Shown here one piece after another: positions 20,429 through 32,292 of a stretch of 64,000 bases of DNA; the stretch's first letter is position 1, and each line of letters starts with the position of its first letter. This DNA comes from Caecitellus pseudoparvulus. Its lineage: Eukaryota > Protista > Bigyra: Bicosoecida. The notes beneath the pieces were generated by a model, which saw nothing but the letters and a program-made list of their open reading frames with translations, was not told the DNA's origin and ran no database searches. The position numbers and the translations under genes were made by a program. The stretch lies in contig CBFFRQ010000040.1 of the NCBI GenBank assembly GCA_965644315.1, positions 1 through 64,000 on the forward strand, read 5' to 3'.

Positions 20429-21604
20429 CTACTGTGCTGTGTCAGCACCTAGGGCGCTGGAGTTGACCCTGGGCTGCAATAGCAGCATGGTTCCCCCATC
20501 AGCCTCAACTGGGACTGCCACACAGCTGCCCTTTGCAGATTCCAGCTGACGACGTGCAAGCACAGGGATATCAACGGTAGAGGAGAAGTCAAGGAGGCCT
20601 GCCTTGGCCTGAAGCTGGGCCGACAGGGCTCCCTCGTCCGCAGATGCCGGAATGTCGATCCAGTGCGTGGCTGGTGTTGCTACAGAGGCAAAAGTTTCGT
20701 GCCAAAGCTGTAGGATCTCCTCCAAGCCACGCAGGATCATGTTTGCCAGCTGCAGAGTGCCGAGGCGTTGTTTCAGGGCGTGCCCCGACCGGCTGCTCTG
20801 CAGAGCTGCAATGAGCGCATCTCGTGACACTTGCAGCAGAGTGAACGGGAGGCCAAACGTTTGACCCATGCTGGCGCATAGTGCTACGCGTGCAGTGCGC
20901 CCATTGCCATCGGCGAAGGGGTGCACGAATAGAAGCTCGTGGAAGAAGGTCGCTGAGACCTCGGCTGCGGCGGCCACCGTGGCCGCTCTGTCCGAGCCCA
21001 TTCGTCGTACGCGCTCCATGCCCTCGTTGTGCGTGTCACACGCAGCCTCTAGACCAGCTGGAATGAGTGCTGGTCTCATGTACTGCTTGGTACACTGCAT
21101 AGGCATGGCAGCGCTCGTGCGGAGCTTCCCGGCAACTTCGGGGCGCGTGCTGCCGAGCACGTGGGCGTGCAGCTCCTTGACAAGGTCGGGGGTGGCGTAC
21201 CCTCGCCCAACGCCAATCAGCCCGCATGGTACAGTGCCCACCTGGCCCTGAAGCAAGGCGGCTTCACTGGTCTCACCTTCTCCTTCAGCTGCACCATGCT
21301 CAGTACAAGATAGAAGCCTGTATGCCTGCCACACACCCTCGGCGAGTTTGTGGCGGGCAGTTGGCAAGCCAGGTACAACCACATCCATGGCCTCCTTCTC
21401 TGTGAGCTCTACTGTGCACTCGTGCAGCACGACGCGCTGAACAAAGTGAGCTGCCACTCTGCAGGTGGCCGCTGCGACAGCGGCCTCCTGCCCAGCGTCA
21501 AGCACTTCTGCGCGCTCTGAGAACAGCTGGCAGATTGACTCGGAGCAACGCTGAAGCGCTTCCTCCGCTTTGGCAATGGCAGCCACATACTCGCTGTCCA
21601 GCAT
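20429..21604 (-). CDS. Fic/DOC-domain protein (putative AMP/NMP transferase)
   Basis: Canonical HPFADGNGRTAR motif, preceded by VKELHAHVL...AGKLRT typical of Fic domains. Intronless. Confidence 0.92.
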   Translation of the reverse strand: MLDSEYVAAIAKAEEALQRCSESICQLFSERAEVLDAGQEAAVAAATCRVAAHFVQRVVLHECTVELTEKEAMDVVVPGLPTARHKLAEGVWQAYRLLSCTEHGAAEGEGETSEAALLQGQVGTVPCGLIGVGRGYATPDLVKELHAHVLGSTRPEVAGKLRTSAAMPMQCTKQYMRPALIPAGLEAACDTHNEGMERVRRMGSDRAATVAAAAEVSATFFHELLFVHPFADGNGRTARVALCASMGQTFGLPFTLLQVSRDALIAALQSSRSGHALKQRLGTLQLANMILRGLEEILQLWHETFASVATPATHWIDIPASADEGALSAQLQAKAGLLDFSSTVDIPVLARRQLESAKGSCVAVPVEADGGTMLLLQPRVNSSALGADTAQ

Positions 21605-22277
21605 AGTCTGTGAACGACGTTCACAGCGATGGGTATGTATCACTTCTGCTTGTTGTTACGCTTGCGCGCTGTTGGCGCGGCACATGCGAAAGGCGGTGCT
21701 GATTCCGGAAGCCGGGAACCGCGCCGAATTCCGCTGCCACTCTGCACACTTGCCTGCGCGCTGCTTGAGCTCGCAGAGTAGTTTGCTGCGCCCGAATAAT
21801 TCCCACTACTTTTTATTAATCCCAGCCAGGACCAACCGTGTTTAATTTGTTTGGCTGTGCCTTCACACTCGCTTCAAAATGAAGCCCCGCCAAGGGAGTG
21901 ACTCAGTATTTGGACTGCCAAGCCGCAGCATCAAACGATTCAAGACGCAAAAGTAGCAAGGAGGCCGCATAGTGGCCCTGACCAAGCTGCATTGGTGGTG
22001 ATGGTGAGCCATCAGAGCACTGCACTGCAGGCCGGCGGCACAAATACACGGAATGACATGCGAGCACATGCAAGCCGGAAGGGGGGGGGCTTGGTGCGCA
22101 GGACCCGTCCGCTTGATTGCCATGGAAGTGCGAGACACGACTTGTGGGCTGGGCGCTCCAGCTGCGCTGAAGGGGCACAGTCCAGGACAGCCAGGCAGGC
22201 CTCGGCAACAGCATGACACACCCACACTGGAGCCAGGCACACCCGCTGCTCCTGCGACACTCCCACACACCGTAGTT

Positions 22278-23956
22278 TCACTCCTCGCGGGAGGTCTCCT
22301 GAATGGGCAGGGCGGCCTCGTCCCCGCCGCCGGCTGCACCCGCTCCCCCGACAGAAGGCGCCGGCGCTCGGCCAGCGCTGGGGTGGCGGCTGTGTCCTGC
22401 TCCACTCGTGCGCCGCGCCAGGGTGTGCAGGAAGCTGCCCCCCGTGGAGGGCAGGCTGCCCGCCCCGATGAGCGCCCCGCCAATGCCCGACACGCCCTCC
22501 ACGTCGCTCATGTCACTCATGGTGGCCTCTGTTACACCGCCCATCTGCCGCTCCAGCAAGTGCTGCAGGTCCAAGTTGGCCGCCTGCTCCACCTCCACCT
22601 GAGTCGTCAGCTTCTGACACCTGTCATCCAGCGCCTCTGCCCGCCGCTGGGCCTCAGACGCTGCTGCACGCGCCTGCTCGGAGGCGTTATGTGCACTGGC
22701 CAGGCGCTGGGAGAGGGTGGCGGTTTGGTCTTGCAGGCGCCGAATCTCCTCTTGGGCGGCCAGCAACTCCGCGATCTTGCGCTGGGCCACTGTGGAGCTG
22801 TCCGAGGTGCCCGACACCAGCTCCCGGAGTTGCAAGTTGAGGTCGCGCACGCTGCCCCAGAGCCCAGCGTTGGCCTCTCGCAGGCGCAGGATGAGGTCGT
22901 GCGCGGTGGGCAGGTCCCCAGGTAGGTCGTCATCGGCACTGGGTCTGTGGGAAGGCGCAGCTGCGGAGGGGGGCGGGGCGCCCCAGCCGTGCAAGTCCCT
23001 GCCAGCCCCAATACTACTGGCGCCACGGTGGTGGTGGGGCAGCGGGGCGTCACCAACACTGCCCAGGCTCATGTCCAGCGTCGTGTCCGCAGGCCGCCCG
23101 GGGGCCTTGACTGGCGTCCCCACGAAAGTGCTTTCGTTGCCCCCTCCACCCTGGTGCCCGAAATGGGCTGGCGTTGCGCCCCGTTGGCCAGCCCCCCGCC
23201 CCCGCGCGGAGCCGGGGACACTGCCAGCGGACCCGTTGATGCCTGGGCGGGAGGACAGGTCCATGCTCTTGCTAGCCTCTGGCAGGTGCCGGTTGACGTT
23301 GTGGTGATTGGACAGTGCCAGTGTGGCGTAGCCGGCTCCCAGCATGATGACCAGCTCCACGCAGGACAGGACACGAAGGAGCAGCAGTGCGAGGGGTGCG
23401 CCATTCACGTCCTTGTCCAGGTCGGACTGCACCCCCACCAGGACGAGGTACACTGCGTTGGCAGCGAGGATGGGCAGCACGCTCAGCATGACGTGTCGAG
23501 TCAACTGCCGGTGCACAGCCAGGTAGCCGCCCTCCAACAGCGGCCACTGAGCACGCATAATGAAGACTCCAAGGAACGCAACAACGACAGAGGCGACGGC
23601 GTGCAGCAAGCCTGCATGGGCAGTCTGCAAGGGGCGGGGCCGGACCACACGTTTGCGCCAACGGCAGGGGCAGCGGCGGGGAATCTCAGAGGGGCACTGC
23701 CGCCACCACCACCCACCTCATGGAACCATTTGTCTACAATGGGCATGAACCAGACCATGGCTACGTACACAACCTGCGCGAGGGCTCGGCAAGTGTGCAG
23801 GCGGTGTTTCCGGGCGTTCTCGTACTGCACTGCACCTGCCCCGCTCACCATCACAATGCTCTGCAGCGCGGCAAACAGCGAGATGGACGTGGGAAAGGGG
23901 ATGAACACGTCTGTTGAGAGGGAGAAGTCCCCCAGCAGGGGACTTGGGTTCACCAT
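22278..23956 (-). CDS. TMEM192: TMEM192/plant FIP1-like membrane protein with C-terminal coiled coil; 5' introns
   Basis: GYLAVHRQL...LPILAANAVYL between TM helices and DLILRLREANAGL before the coiled coil resemble TMEM192-family blocks. Confidence 0.6.
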
Positions 23957-24550
23957 CCTCCGCTCCTGTCTGACAGGTGGAATAACGTTTCCTGCTTTGG
24001 CAAGATGCGAAGCGTCACAGCGCCTGAAAAGCAACCTTGCCAATGTCTAAGCTTGAAAGGCGGAATAGGGCTCTTGGAACGTGAATCAGTTATGGAATTG
24101 GTGTTTTGAGTTGTGGAAGGTGGCTGACGTCTTTATGGCCTTCGATTGGCAGCCTGCTCGGCAGCGAACTGATTTCCGCAGGTGTAGCTCTGGCAAATGG
24201 GCCACACTACGCATTGATTTGAGGCCCCAGCCACAAAAACGTGATTGATTCAAGATCCTCGTTATACATTCACTCCCCCAGGAAGCCCGCTTCACCGCTT
24301 TCTTCCCCTTTGCTTGGCGGGCTTGCGAAGGAGAGGCTGGGTCGGATCAATCCAAACAGCACACCGGCCATGATAGAATTCAGCGACGTGACAAGCCGCA
24401 TCAAGGAAAAACCGCGAAGTATTCGGATCACAGTGCTATTGATTTGCCCGCTGCGTGCTTTTCTTTATCATTCGGCGTTCAGGAGTAAGAAAAGGCCGAA
24501 GAAAGTGCCGGTCTGTTGTGGAAACACTTACGAGCCCTTCGCGCTGGCTA

Positions 24551-24632
24551 GCGACTTTGTTCCATTGGGAGCGTCTTCATCCTAGCCATGTGCGACTTTG
24601 TTCCAATTGGAGCGTCTCAATCCTAGCCATGT
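24551..24632. repeat. Tandem duplication of a 41-bp unit (37/41 identical)
   Basis: GCGACTTTGTTCCATTGGGAGCGTCTTCATCCTAGCCATGT followed by GCGACTTTGTTCCAATTGGAGCGTCTCAATCCTAGCCATGT. Confidence 0.9.
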
Positions 24633-24766
24633 TCCCGTTCCATGTTGTAAAAGTTTCTCTCCCCATCTTGCACCCATGTCCCATCCATAGCTCAGGCGTC
24701 CTTCAGTGCATTGCACGGGGCAGCCTCCACGCCCGATTCGCTGCCATGCCCCACTGCGGCACGCGG

Positions 24767-26852
24767 TCAGCCCATGCGCGGCATGGCCCTGCCGTAGGCG
24801 GCAGAGGGGTGTGCCGCCTGGGCCATGTTCATCTCCTCGGCCGCCCACATCTCCACAAACAGGTCCACGACGTCCGTGAGGCGCATGGGTCCGGGGAGGG
24901 TATAGGACCGGCGCAGGACGGCGAGTTCGTCGTACACCTGGTCGAAGTCCACCTTGGGCGGGGGCGGGGGCTTCTGCATGTTGGTGGTGCGGGCGGTCCA
25001 TGTCTCCCGCATGTCGTACCAGTTCTGCAGTCCGACGTTGAAGAAGCCGCCTCGCTCACCCTGGGGCCACCAGGGGTCGCGCCGGAGCAGAGCGCGGGAC
25101 ACCTCGTCCCCCGTGATGCCGCCGCCCACCTCCTCGCTGTCGGCTTCGTAGCCAGACGCGCCGTCGTCGGTGTGGGCGGCCTTGCCTGCCACGCCTGCGG
25201 ATGTCGCGCGCCGGGCTGCCGCTGCCTGCACTGCCGCGTCGTGCACCGCCAGGGTGAGGGCGGTGGACTTGAGGCCGCCGTCTGTGGAGGCGCCTGTGCC
25301 GGTGAAGCTGCCCCACGGCCCACGCAGGGGGCACAGCTTCAAGCTGCTGTGGGGGTCGGCCACCACGTCAGGGTTGGCCTTGAGGTAGTCTGCGAGGCCC
25401 AGGGCACACTCCACGGCGTTGGGTGCGACGGCATTGGCCAGGGCGAACACGTCCAGGGGCAGGAGGGGCAGGCCCTGGGTGAGGGCTGCGGTGTACTGCG
25501 CGGCATGTGGCGTGCCGGCGGGCACCAGGGCCCCCACATCGGCGACGCTGGCGGGGCGGCGGATGAGGGTGGCGTCCAGGGGCGTGTACACGACGATGCT
25601 GCCGCGGTGGCCGTCGCCGTCCAGGGACATGTCCACGAGGTCCATCAGGACGTCCTCCAGGATCTCCGGGTCCGCCTCCTGCATGGTGGAGAGCTTGGCC
25701 TCCACCAGGTCCTCCAGGGCTCGCTGGGTGGTCACGTTCAGCTGCTCGCTCATGAGCGCCGTGACGTTGATGTGGGACGCCAGGCGTTCGCGCCAGGCCC
25801 ACACGACGTCGCTGCGCCCAGCCTCGTGCAGCGTCTGGCTGGAGCTGCTGCCCAGCTTCTCATCCGCCAAGGCGACACCGGCGGGGGGGTCCGTGCCCCC
25901 CTCCCCCGAGGCGCCCAGCGTCGCCGGCGCCGGCCACGCGGACCCCACGCGCTGGTGCAGCCACATGGACAGGCGGAGCTCGGGGCGCTCCCCCACCAAG
26001 TCAGTGGCCCCCTCGGCCGGCGTGTCTCCCGCTGTCTGCCCCAGGCGCACGGCCAGGCGGTCGCGCAGGTTAAACACGCCTGCCGGGGCAAAGGTGAAGG
26101 TGACCAGGCTGCCGCCAGCCTTGGTCAGGTGCATGAGCACGTCCATGCCCTCGATGGACGCCGTGCCGAAGGGCTTGCGCCAGAGGGCGCAGTGCACCAG
26201 GTCGAAGGAGGCGGGGGACAGGGCGTCGCCACTGGCCTTGCTGGCGCCAGCAGTGCTGCCGGCCTTGGTCCCCGACGTGCCTGGCACGGTGACTTGCTCG
26301 TGGGGGACAGTCTCCAGCAGGGGTGTCTCCACGAGGGTGACGTGCTTGCCCAGGCGCTCGTCTGCTTTCAGCTTCTCGTAGTTTTTGGTCGCGTGCACCA
26401 CGACGTACTCAGTGTTGGGACGCGCCACCAGCAGCAGCCGCAGGATCTCAGCATCGTACTGGGGGGAGCCACTGTGGGCTGCCAGCACACGGAAGGGGGC
26501 AGGGCTTGGCCTGCGAGGGGCAGGGGGTCGGAAGGGTGGATTGTGCTGGAGGCAGGCGCAGGCCATTTCGCCCCGCCAATGGCAGGCGCAGCAGTGCACC
26601 ACAGCCAGCACCCGCACAAACAAGTGCTATTCGCGTGCTGCTGCAACGAGGCCAGCAAGCGACAGCGCAGCGGGAGCCAGGGCACGAGATGGCAGAAACG
26701 GAAAGGCACAGGCGCAAGTGCGGAAGATGGGCACGGTCACCGGGCACCGCCACGCACGTCAAAGCTGCAAACTTGAGCCGGAACCACTCCAGAGCACTGT
26801 AGTATGATGCCAGTGCCAGGTTGGGCACAGCTACGGGCGTTCCTGCGGCCAT
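24767..26852 (-). CDS. Protein with a degenerate methyltransferase-like N-terminal region and a C-terminal DUF4050 (Gag1-like clamp) domain
   Basis: C-terminus FNVGLQNWYDMRETW...VYDELAV...LPGPMRLTDVVDLFVEMW is DUF4050-like. N-terminal part has RVLAAHSGS...FDLVHC...LTKAGGSLVTF. Confidence 0.65.
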
Positions 26853-27096
26853 GGCTGAGAGGGGCTGGGTGCTGCCTCTTGTGGCTTTCTGAGCTGGGCG
26901 ATGGCGAAGCTTTGGGCTGGTGCGGAGCAGGCTGCAGGGCGAGTGGAGGCAAGGAGCAGTGCCACCAGGGTGAGCAGGGCATGGGCAGCGCTGAAGAAAG
27001 TGCATGACACGTGGCCTTGTTCCGGCCTGCACCCCGGCTGCCGCGCACTGCCGGCGTCAGTCGATGCGGTCAGGTGATGTCGGTTCTTGCATTCGT

Positions 27097-28350
27097 TCAC
27101 TTCCGGGCCGCCCGGCCAGCGCGGCGTTTGCACAGCGCAGCCAGATCTAGCAGGGGCCTGATGCTGCGCTTGTCAGCGTACGCTGGCGCGATGCGCTTCA
27201 GCGTCCCGTCGCCCAGTGCCACAAGCCCGGCTGCGACATCCGCTGGGAGGTCGGGGGCAGCCTCCCCGCCCAGGCGAGGGCCACGCTGGGCTGGCAGGGG
27301 GGCCTCAAGAAAGGCGCTTCGCTGCAGTTCAAAGTCCTCGCTGCCCACGAGGGCCGCGACGCCCTGGGCGCTGGCCAGGAGGGTGGAGTCCGGGAGGTTG
27401 TGTGGGTTGGCTAGCATGACGGCGACCCACCCGCCCAGCACGTTGAAGCGCAGGAGCTGCTTGACGAAGCCCTCCATCTGCAGCTTCAAGGCATCCACCT
27501 GCAGCCCCATGTCAGCCAAGAACACCATGGCCTTGCCCACGAGGCTGTCCGCCGCCGGAACAGACGACTGCAGGGCACTGCCTGAAGACTTGCCCTCTGC
27601 GGCAGCCTCAGAAGGCGCCGAGCCTGCGGCAGGGTCACTGGGCCCAGCGTACCACAAGACAGAGGCGGCATCGCCCGCTGCGAAGGTGCGTCCCAGCAGC
27701 TCGGCCAGCAGGGGCAGGTCGGTGGTTTGGGCGGCCTCGGGGTGAGCCCACACGTTGTGCAGCGTCTTGCACACGCCCACCTCGAACTTCTCACACGCCT
27801 CCAAGGCGTCTCGGGAGGTGACGGACAAGGGCACTGCTGTGTTGCCAGAAGCAAGCACGGCCCCCATGCCCAGGTCAGCGGCCAGGCCAGTGTCGTGCCC
27901 CAGCAATGCACACCGAGAGTAGTCGTCCAGCATGCGCAGGCACAGGTTGAGCTTGCCATCCTCCAGCATGAACCTCAACGCCACTTCTTCGCCTTCCCAC
28001 AGCGTCTGCCCGTCCTTTCCCGGCAGGTTGCGCTCCTGCAACGCTCGGCAGGTGACCGTGGCAAATACCGCAGCACGCCACGGTAGCGAGCAGGCTGTCT
28101 CACCAGGTCAGTCACCCGGCCCATGCGGGACAGGGAGTTAGCACACGCAATCCAAGGCGCCGTCAGCACAGCATGTGTTGCCTGAGACGGCGTCGGAGTG
28201 GCTGTGCAGTGCATGTGGTGTGCCGCTTCAAGCCCGCTCACATACCAAGGCTTTCATGGAAGCTCTCAAGTCCGCAGTCAGGCTCGCTGTCAGCTCCTCC
28301 ATGCCGTCAACAGCACTGGATGTACTGTATGCTCCGGCCCGCGCAGCCAT
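27097..28350 (-). CDS. Protein of unknown function; 5' introns
   Basis: Globular-looking sequence QERNLPGKDGQTLWEGEEVALRFMLEDGKLNLCLRML. Upstream exon MAARAGAY...MKAL ends at a GTATG donor. Confidence 0.65.
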
Positions 28351-28675
28351 GGTTCCCGGGCCTCAGCAACTGAGGCGCGCTTGGTCAGAGCGCTTCTCAG
28401 CTGCTCGCCGCGCCGGCAGTGCGTCGCAAGGAAACGAGGGGGGGTGCGCTGACCGTCAGCCACCGGGCGAGAAAACTTGATCACCTCGCGTATGTGAGCA
28501 TCTGCGCTGTTTGCCCACTGTCGCTGAATGCACCGCTGCAAGAGTTGCCGGGCGGCGTTGCTTGCTGCGTGCGAGGCCACCTTCGCGGCACGGCAACTTG
28601 AGCCAGGGAGGGCTCCAACCCCTGAGCCTTTCGCTGGTTCCAGGGAGGAAGAGCAAGTCAACGAAGCACCCGAAC

Positions 28676-29860
28676 ATGACATCTGTTGAGTGTGTGGACC
28701 AGGCTGAACAGTGCGTGAGGCGGGGAAGCCCGGCGCTCCACCTGCCGTTACGCCCAAAACGCCGCGGCGAAACGCAGGCTCGTTCAGCGGGCTGAGGCGG
28801 CCTTGGAGAAGCTGCAGGGACCTGCTGACAAGCAAGAGGCATCTGTATTGCTGGAACAAGTGGCTGCCCTCGAACAGCAGTTCTCTTCCACCGCGGCGCA
28901 GTACATGCACCACGAGGCGCTGTTGTCCTTCCTCAAGGGTGTCACGTCTGCCACCGACTTGCCGCCCGCGCTGCCAGGTAAGCGAGACGCATGCCAGCGC
29001 ACCCCGGGCCACTTCGCCCACACACGCCCCTCTGCGCCCCCCGCCCCCCCTCGTCAGAAGCCGAGCTGCTCAGTGCCTGTGCCGTGACAGCCGCCCCTGC
29101 GCCGGGTGTGGCCGCCCTCATGACCAGCGCACTGGACGCTGCGAGCGAGCTGGGGCAGACTGCCACAGGCACCCGTGCAGCCCTGGCAGACATCTCCGCC
29201 GCCCTGCAGGCGCACAAAGCCAGCCTCACGGCCAGCAAGGGCTCGTCCCCTGGCCCAGTCGTGGTGCAGACTCCTGACGGGGAAAGCCACAGCCTGACCA
29301 GCCCGAGCCAAGCCCAGGCGGTGTTGGAGGCAGCCTCCGCGGCGGCACAGGCCGCAGCCACCGACGCCACGGCAGCCAAGGAGGCCTGCGCGGCAGGGGC
29401 ACAGGAGGAAGCCGCCCTGGAGGCCGAGATCGCCGAGCTTGAGGCCCGGGCAGCGGCGTTGCGTCGTGCCGCTGAGGAGCGGGCGGCGAGTGAGGCCAGC
29501 CCGTCGCAGCAGGCGCTGAGCGTGCAGGCGTGGTACAAGGACACTGCCGCCACCCTGGCGCAGTTCACAGGCGTGGAAGTGACCAGTGTCTCTGCGCAGG
29601 TGGGCGGGCAGTGCCTCGCTGCGTTGCAGCTGGCTGGCTTGCCGGGAGTCAGTTTGGAGGTGCAGTACACGCCGCTCGGTGACCCAGGCGCGGGTGCTGG
29701 CGAGACGGCCCAGGCCCCTCGTGTGGCACTGCATGACATCACAGTGCAAGGGTCCGTGGGGGTGCCGCCCGCGGAAGTGGAGGCAGCGCGCGCAGAAGCG
29801 CTGCGGTGTGGGGACTTGCAAGTCCTCCTGACGGCGCTGCGAGGGGGGGGTGCAGCGTGA
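28676..29860 (+). CDS. Coiled-coil protein with a C-terminal globular domain, possibly Zwint/Sos7/Kre28-like; 2 introns
   Basis: QYMHHEALLSFL, a coiled coil, then AWYKDTAATLAQFTGVEV and a beta-rich segment ending in helices (RWD-like). The family call is weak. Confidence 0.5.
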
Positions 29861-30062
29861 GCGGGCGACCCAGAGGGTCAATGCAGCGTTGTATCAAAGT
29901 ACACAAGACTGTCCCCACCATCCTTTGTGCTGTGCTGAGGGCCAGGGTGGTTTTCTGGGTTTCTGCTGAGGACACACTTGTGAAGTCCGTCGCTGCGGCA
30001 CGCCTTTTGGGTCTGACTTGAGGCTGCGGTTGTGGAACGGTACAGGGCCACAGCCAGGTACC

Positions 30063-31753
30063 ATGCCGCGGGAGATCATCACACTGCAGGTGGGGCAATG
30101 TGGCAACCAAGGTGCGCACGCTCAGGCCTCGCAGGGCTGCCAGGCTGCTCACCACAATTGCACGTTGTTGCCTGCCCCGCGCCAGTCGGCTTTGAGTTCT
30201 GGAAGCAGCTGTGCATGGAGCACGGGGTGAGCCCAGATGGAATCTTGGAAGAGTATGCCACACAAGGAACAGACAGGAAGGATGTCTTCTTCTACCAGGT
30301 GCGTGGGGGCAGCGCAGGATGGGAGGCAAGGGTGTGGCAGCGTGTCGTGGCGAAACGCCACGAGTGCTGGTCCATTTGAACCACTGCAGCTGCACCTCTC
30401 CCGGCGCCCACTGCAGGCGGACGACGAACACTTCATACCACGGGCTCTGTTGATTGATCTGGAACCTCGGGTGCGTGGCGGGCACGCAGGGAGCCTGGCA
30501 ACAGCAGGCAGTCAGCGCACGGCGCGAGCGCTCGTGGTTTGCAGGTCATCCACGGCATCCAGCGCACCGAGTACAAGGGCCTGTACAACCCCGAGAACAT
30601 GTTCATTGCGTCAGAGGGAGGTGGTGCCGGCAACAATTGGGCCAGCGGCTACCACCAGGGCGCGCAGGCGCACGACACTGTTCTAGACATGATCGACCGT
30701 GAGGCAGACGGCAGCGATAGCTTGGAGGGGTTCGTGCTGTGCCACAGCATCGCCGGCGGCACCGGCTCAGGCATGGGGTCGTACCTGTTGGAGCAGTTGA
30801 ACGACCACTTCCCGAAGAAGCTCATCCAGACGTACAGCGTGTTCCCCGACCAGCGCCAGCCGGACGTGGTGGTGCAGCCGTACAACAGCATCCTGACCAT
30901 GAAACGCCTCACGGTGAACGCCGACGCGGTGGTGGTGCTGGACAACACAGCCCTGAACACCATCGCCACTGACCGCTTGAAGCTGAAGGAGCCCACTGTA
31001 GGGCAGCTGAACTCCCTCGTGTCCACTGTTATGGCCGCATCCACCACCACGCTGCGGTATCCTGGGTACATGAACAACGACTTGGTGGGACTGGTGGCGG
31101 GGCTCATCCCCACCCCCCGATGCCACTTCCTCATGACAGGGTACACCCCCCTCACCCTCAGCAACACCACCAGCACGGTGCAGAAGACCACTGTGCTGGA
31201 TGTCATGCGCCGCCTGCTGCAGCCCAAGAATGTCATGGTGTCCTGCCCCATGAAGCGGGGGCTGTACGTGTCGGCCCTGAACATCATCCAGGGCGACGTG
31301 GACCCGACACAGGTGCACAAGTCCCTGCAGCGCGTGCGTGAGAAGCGCCTCGCCGAGTTCATCACGTGGGGCCCTGCCTCTATCCAGGTGGCCCTGGCGC
31401 GCAAATCGCCGTATGTCAAGACGGCACACAAGGTCAGCGGCATGATGCTGGCCAACCACACCTCCATCGCGGCGCTGTTCGAGCGCACCCTGCAGCACTT
31501 CGACAAGCTCTTTGACAAGCGGGCATACCTGCGTGAATACCAGCAGCAGCCCATGTTCAGCGATGGGCTTGACGAATTCCACCACTCACGGGAGGTGGTG
31601 CAGACGCTGGCAGCCGAGTACAGGGCTGCAGAGACAGACGACTACTTGCAGTGGGATCCTCATGACATTGGGGATGTCGTGGAAGCCTCAGGTAGCACTG
31701 CTGCTGCTGCTGCGGCGGCGGCTGCGCCAGGGGCTGGAGCTGCTCGAGGCTGA
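30063..31753 (+). CDS. TUBG1: Gamma-tubulin; 3 introns in the 5' part
   Basis: [68 protein letters not shown]. Confidence 0.98.
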
Positions 31754-31947
31754 CCCGGCACGGGAAGGGGCTGGCAGGGGCAGTTGCGAGGATTGCGCAC
31801 AACACTCCCTATGCAGTAGCTCCTGCCCACCCAAGGGATTTGGAATGCATATGACCCGCTGCTGCCTTCGGCCGTGATTGGCAAGCCAGGCGACAGAGGC
31901 GGCACGAGATCAGGGCCCATTCCGTCGGCAAGCTTCAGCACTGCACC

Positions 31948-32292
31948 ATGGCGAAGCGCAAGGTCAAGACGATGATGATGAAGCTGGTGTCCACCGCACA
32001 GACAGGGTGCGTGCAGACTGCGCCGCGTTGCGAACGGCAGTGGTTCGCGGCAGGTTCAGAGCTCTATTTCCGCTCTCAGGTATTTCTACACGATCAAGAA
32101 GAACCCCATCTCCATCCCACACAAGCTTGCATTCAGAAAGGTGAGTGTCTGGCCCCAACAGCATGCTCCACACCTGGCTGCACTGCGTGGAAGTGCACTG
32201 TTCTCCGCCCTCCTCCGCCTTCACAGTACGACCCTGTGGTGCGGCAGCACGTGTTGTTTGTCGAGCAGAAGATCAGCCGCACCAAGAAGTGA
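31948..32292 (+). CDS. MRPL33: Mitochondrial ribosomal protein bL33m; 2 introns
   Basis: Spliced product [61 protein letters not shown]. Confidence 0.92.
   Translation: [114 protein letters not shown]

Noticed and set aside
24488-24505. U2 snRNA-like 5' sequence (TTCTTCGGCCTTTT on the minus strand)
   Set aside because: The following GGCTAAGATCA and GTAGTA branch-pairing sequences are absent.
24551-24632. 41-bp repeat as a mini-CRISPR
   Set aside because: Only two adjacent copies and no spacer.
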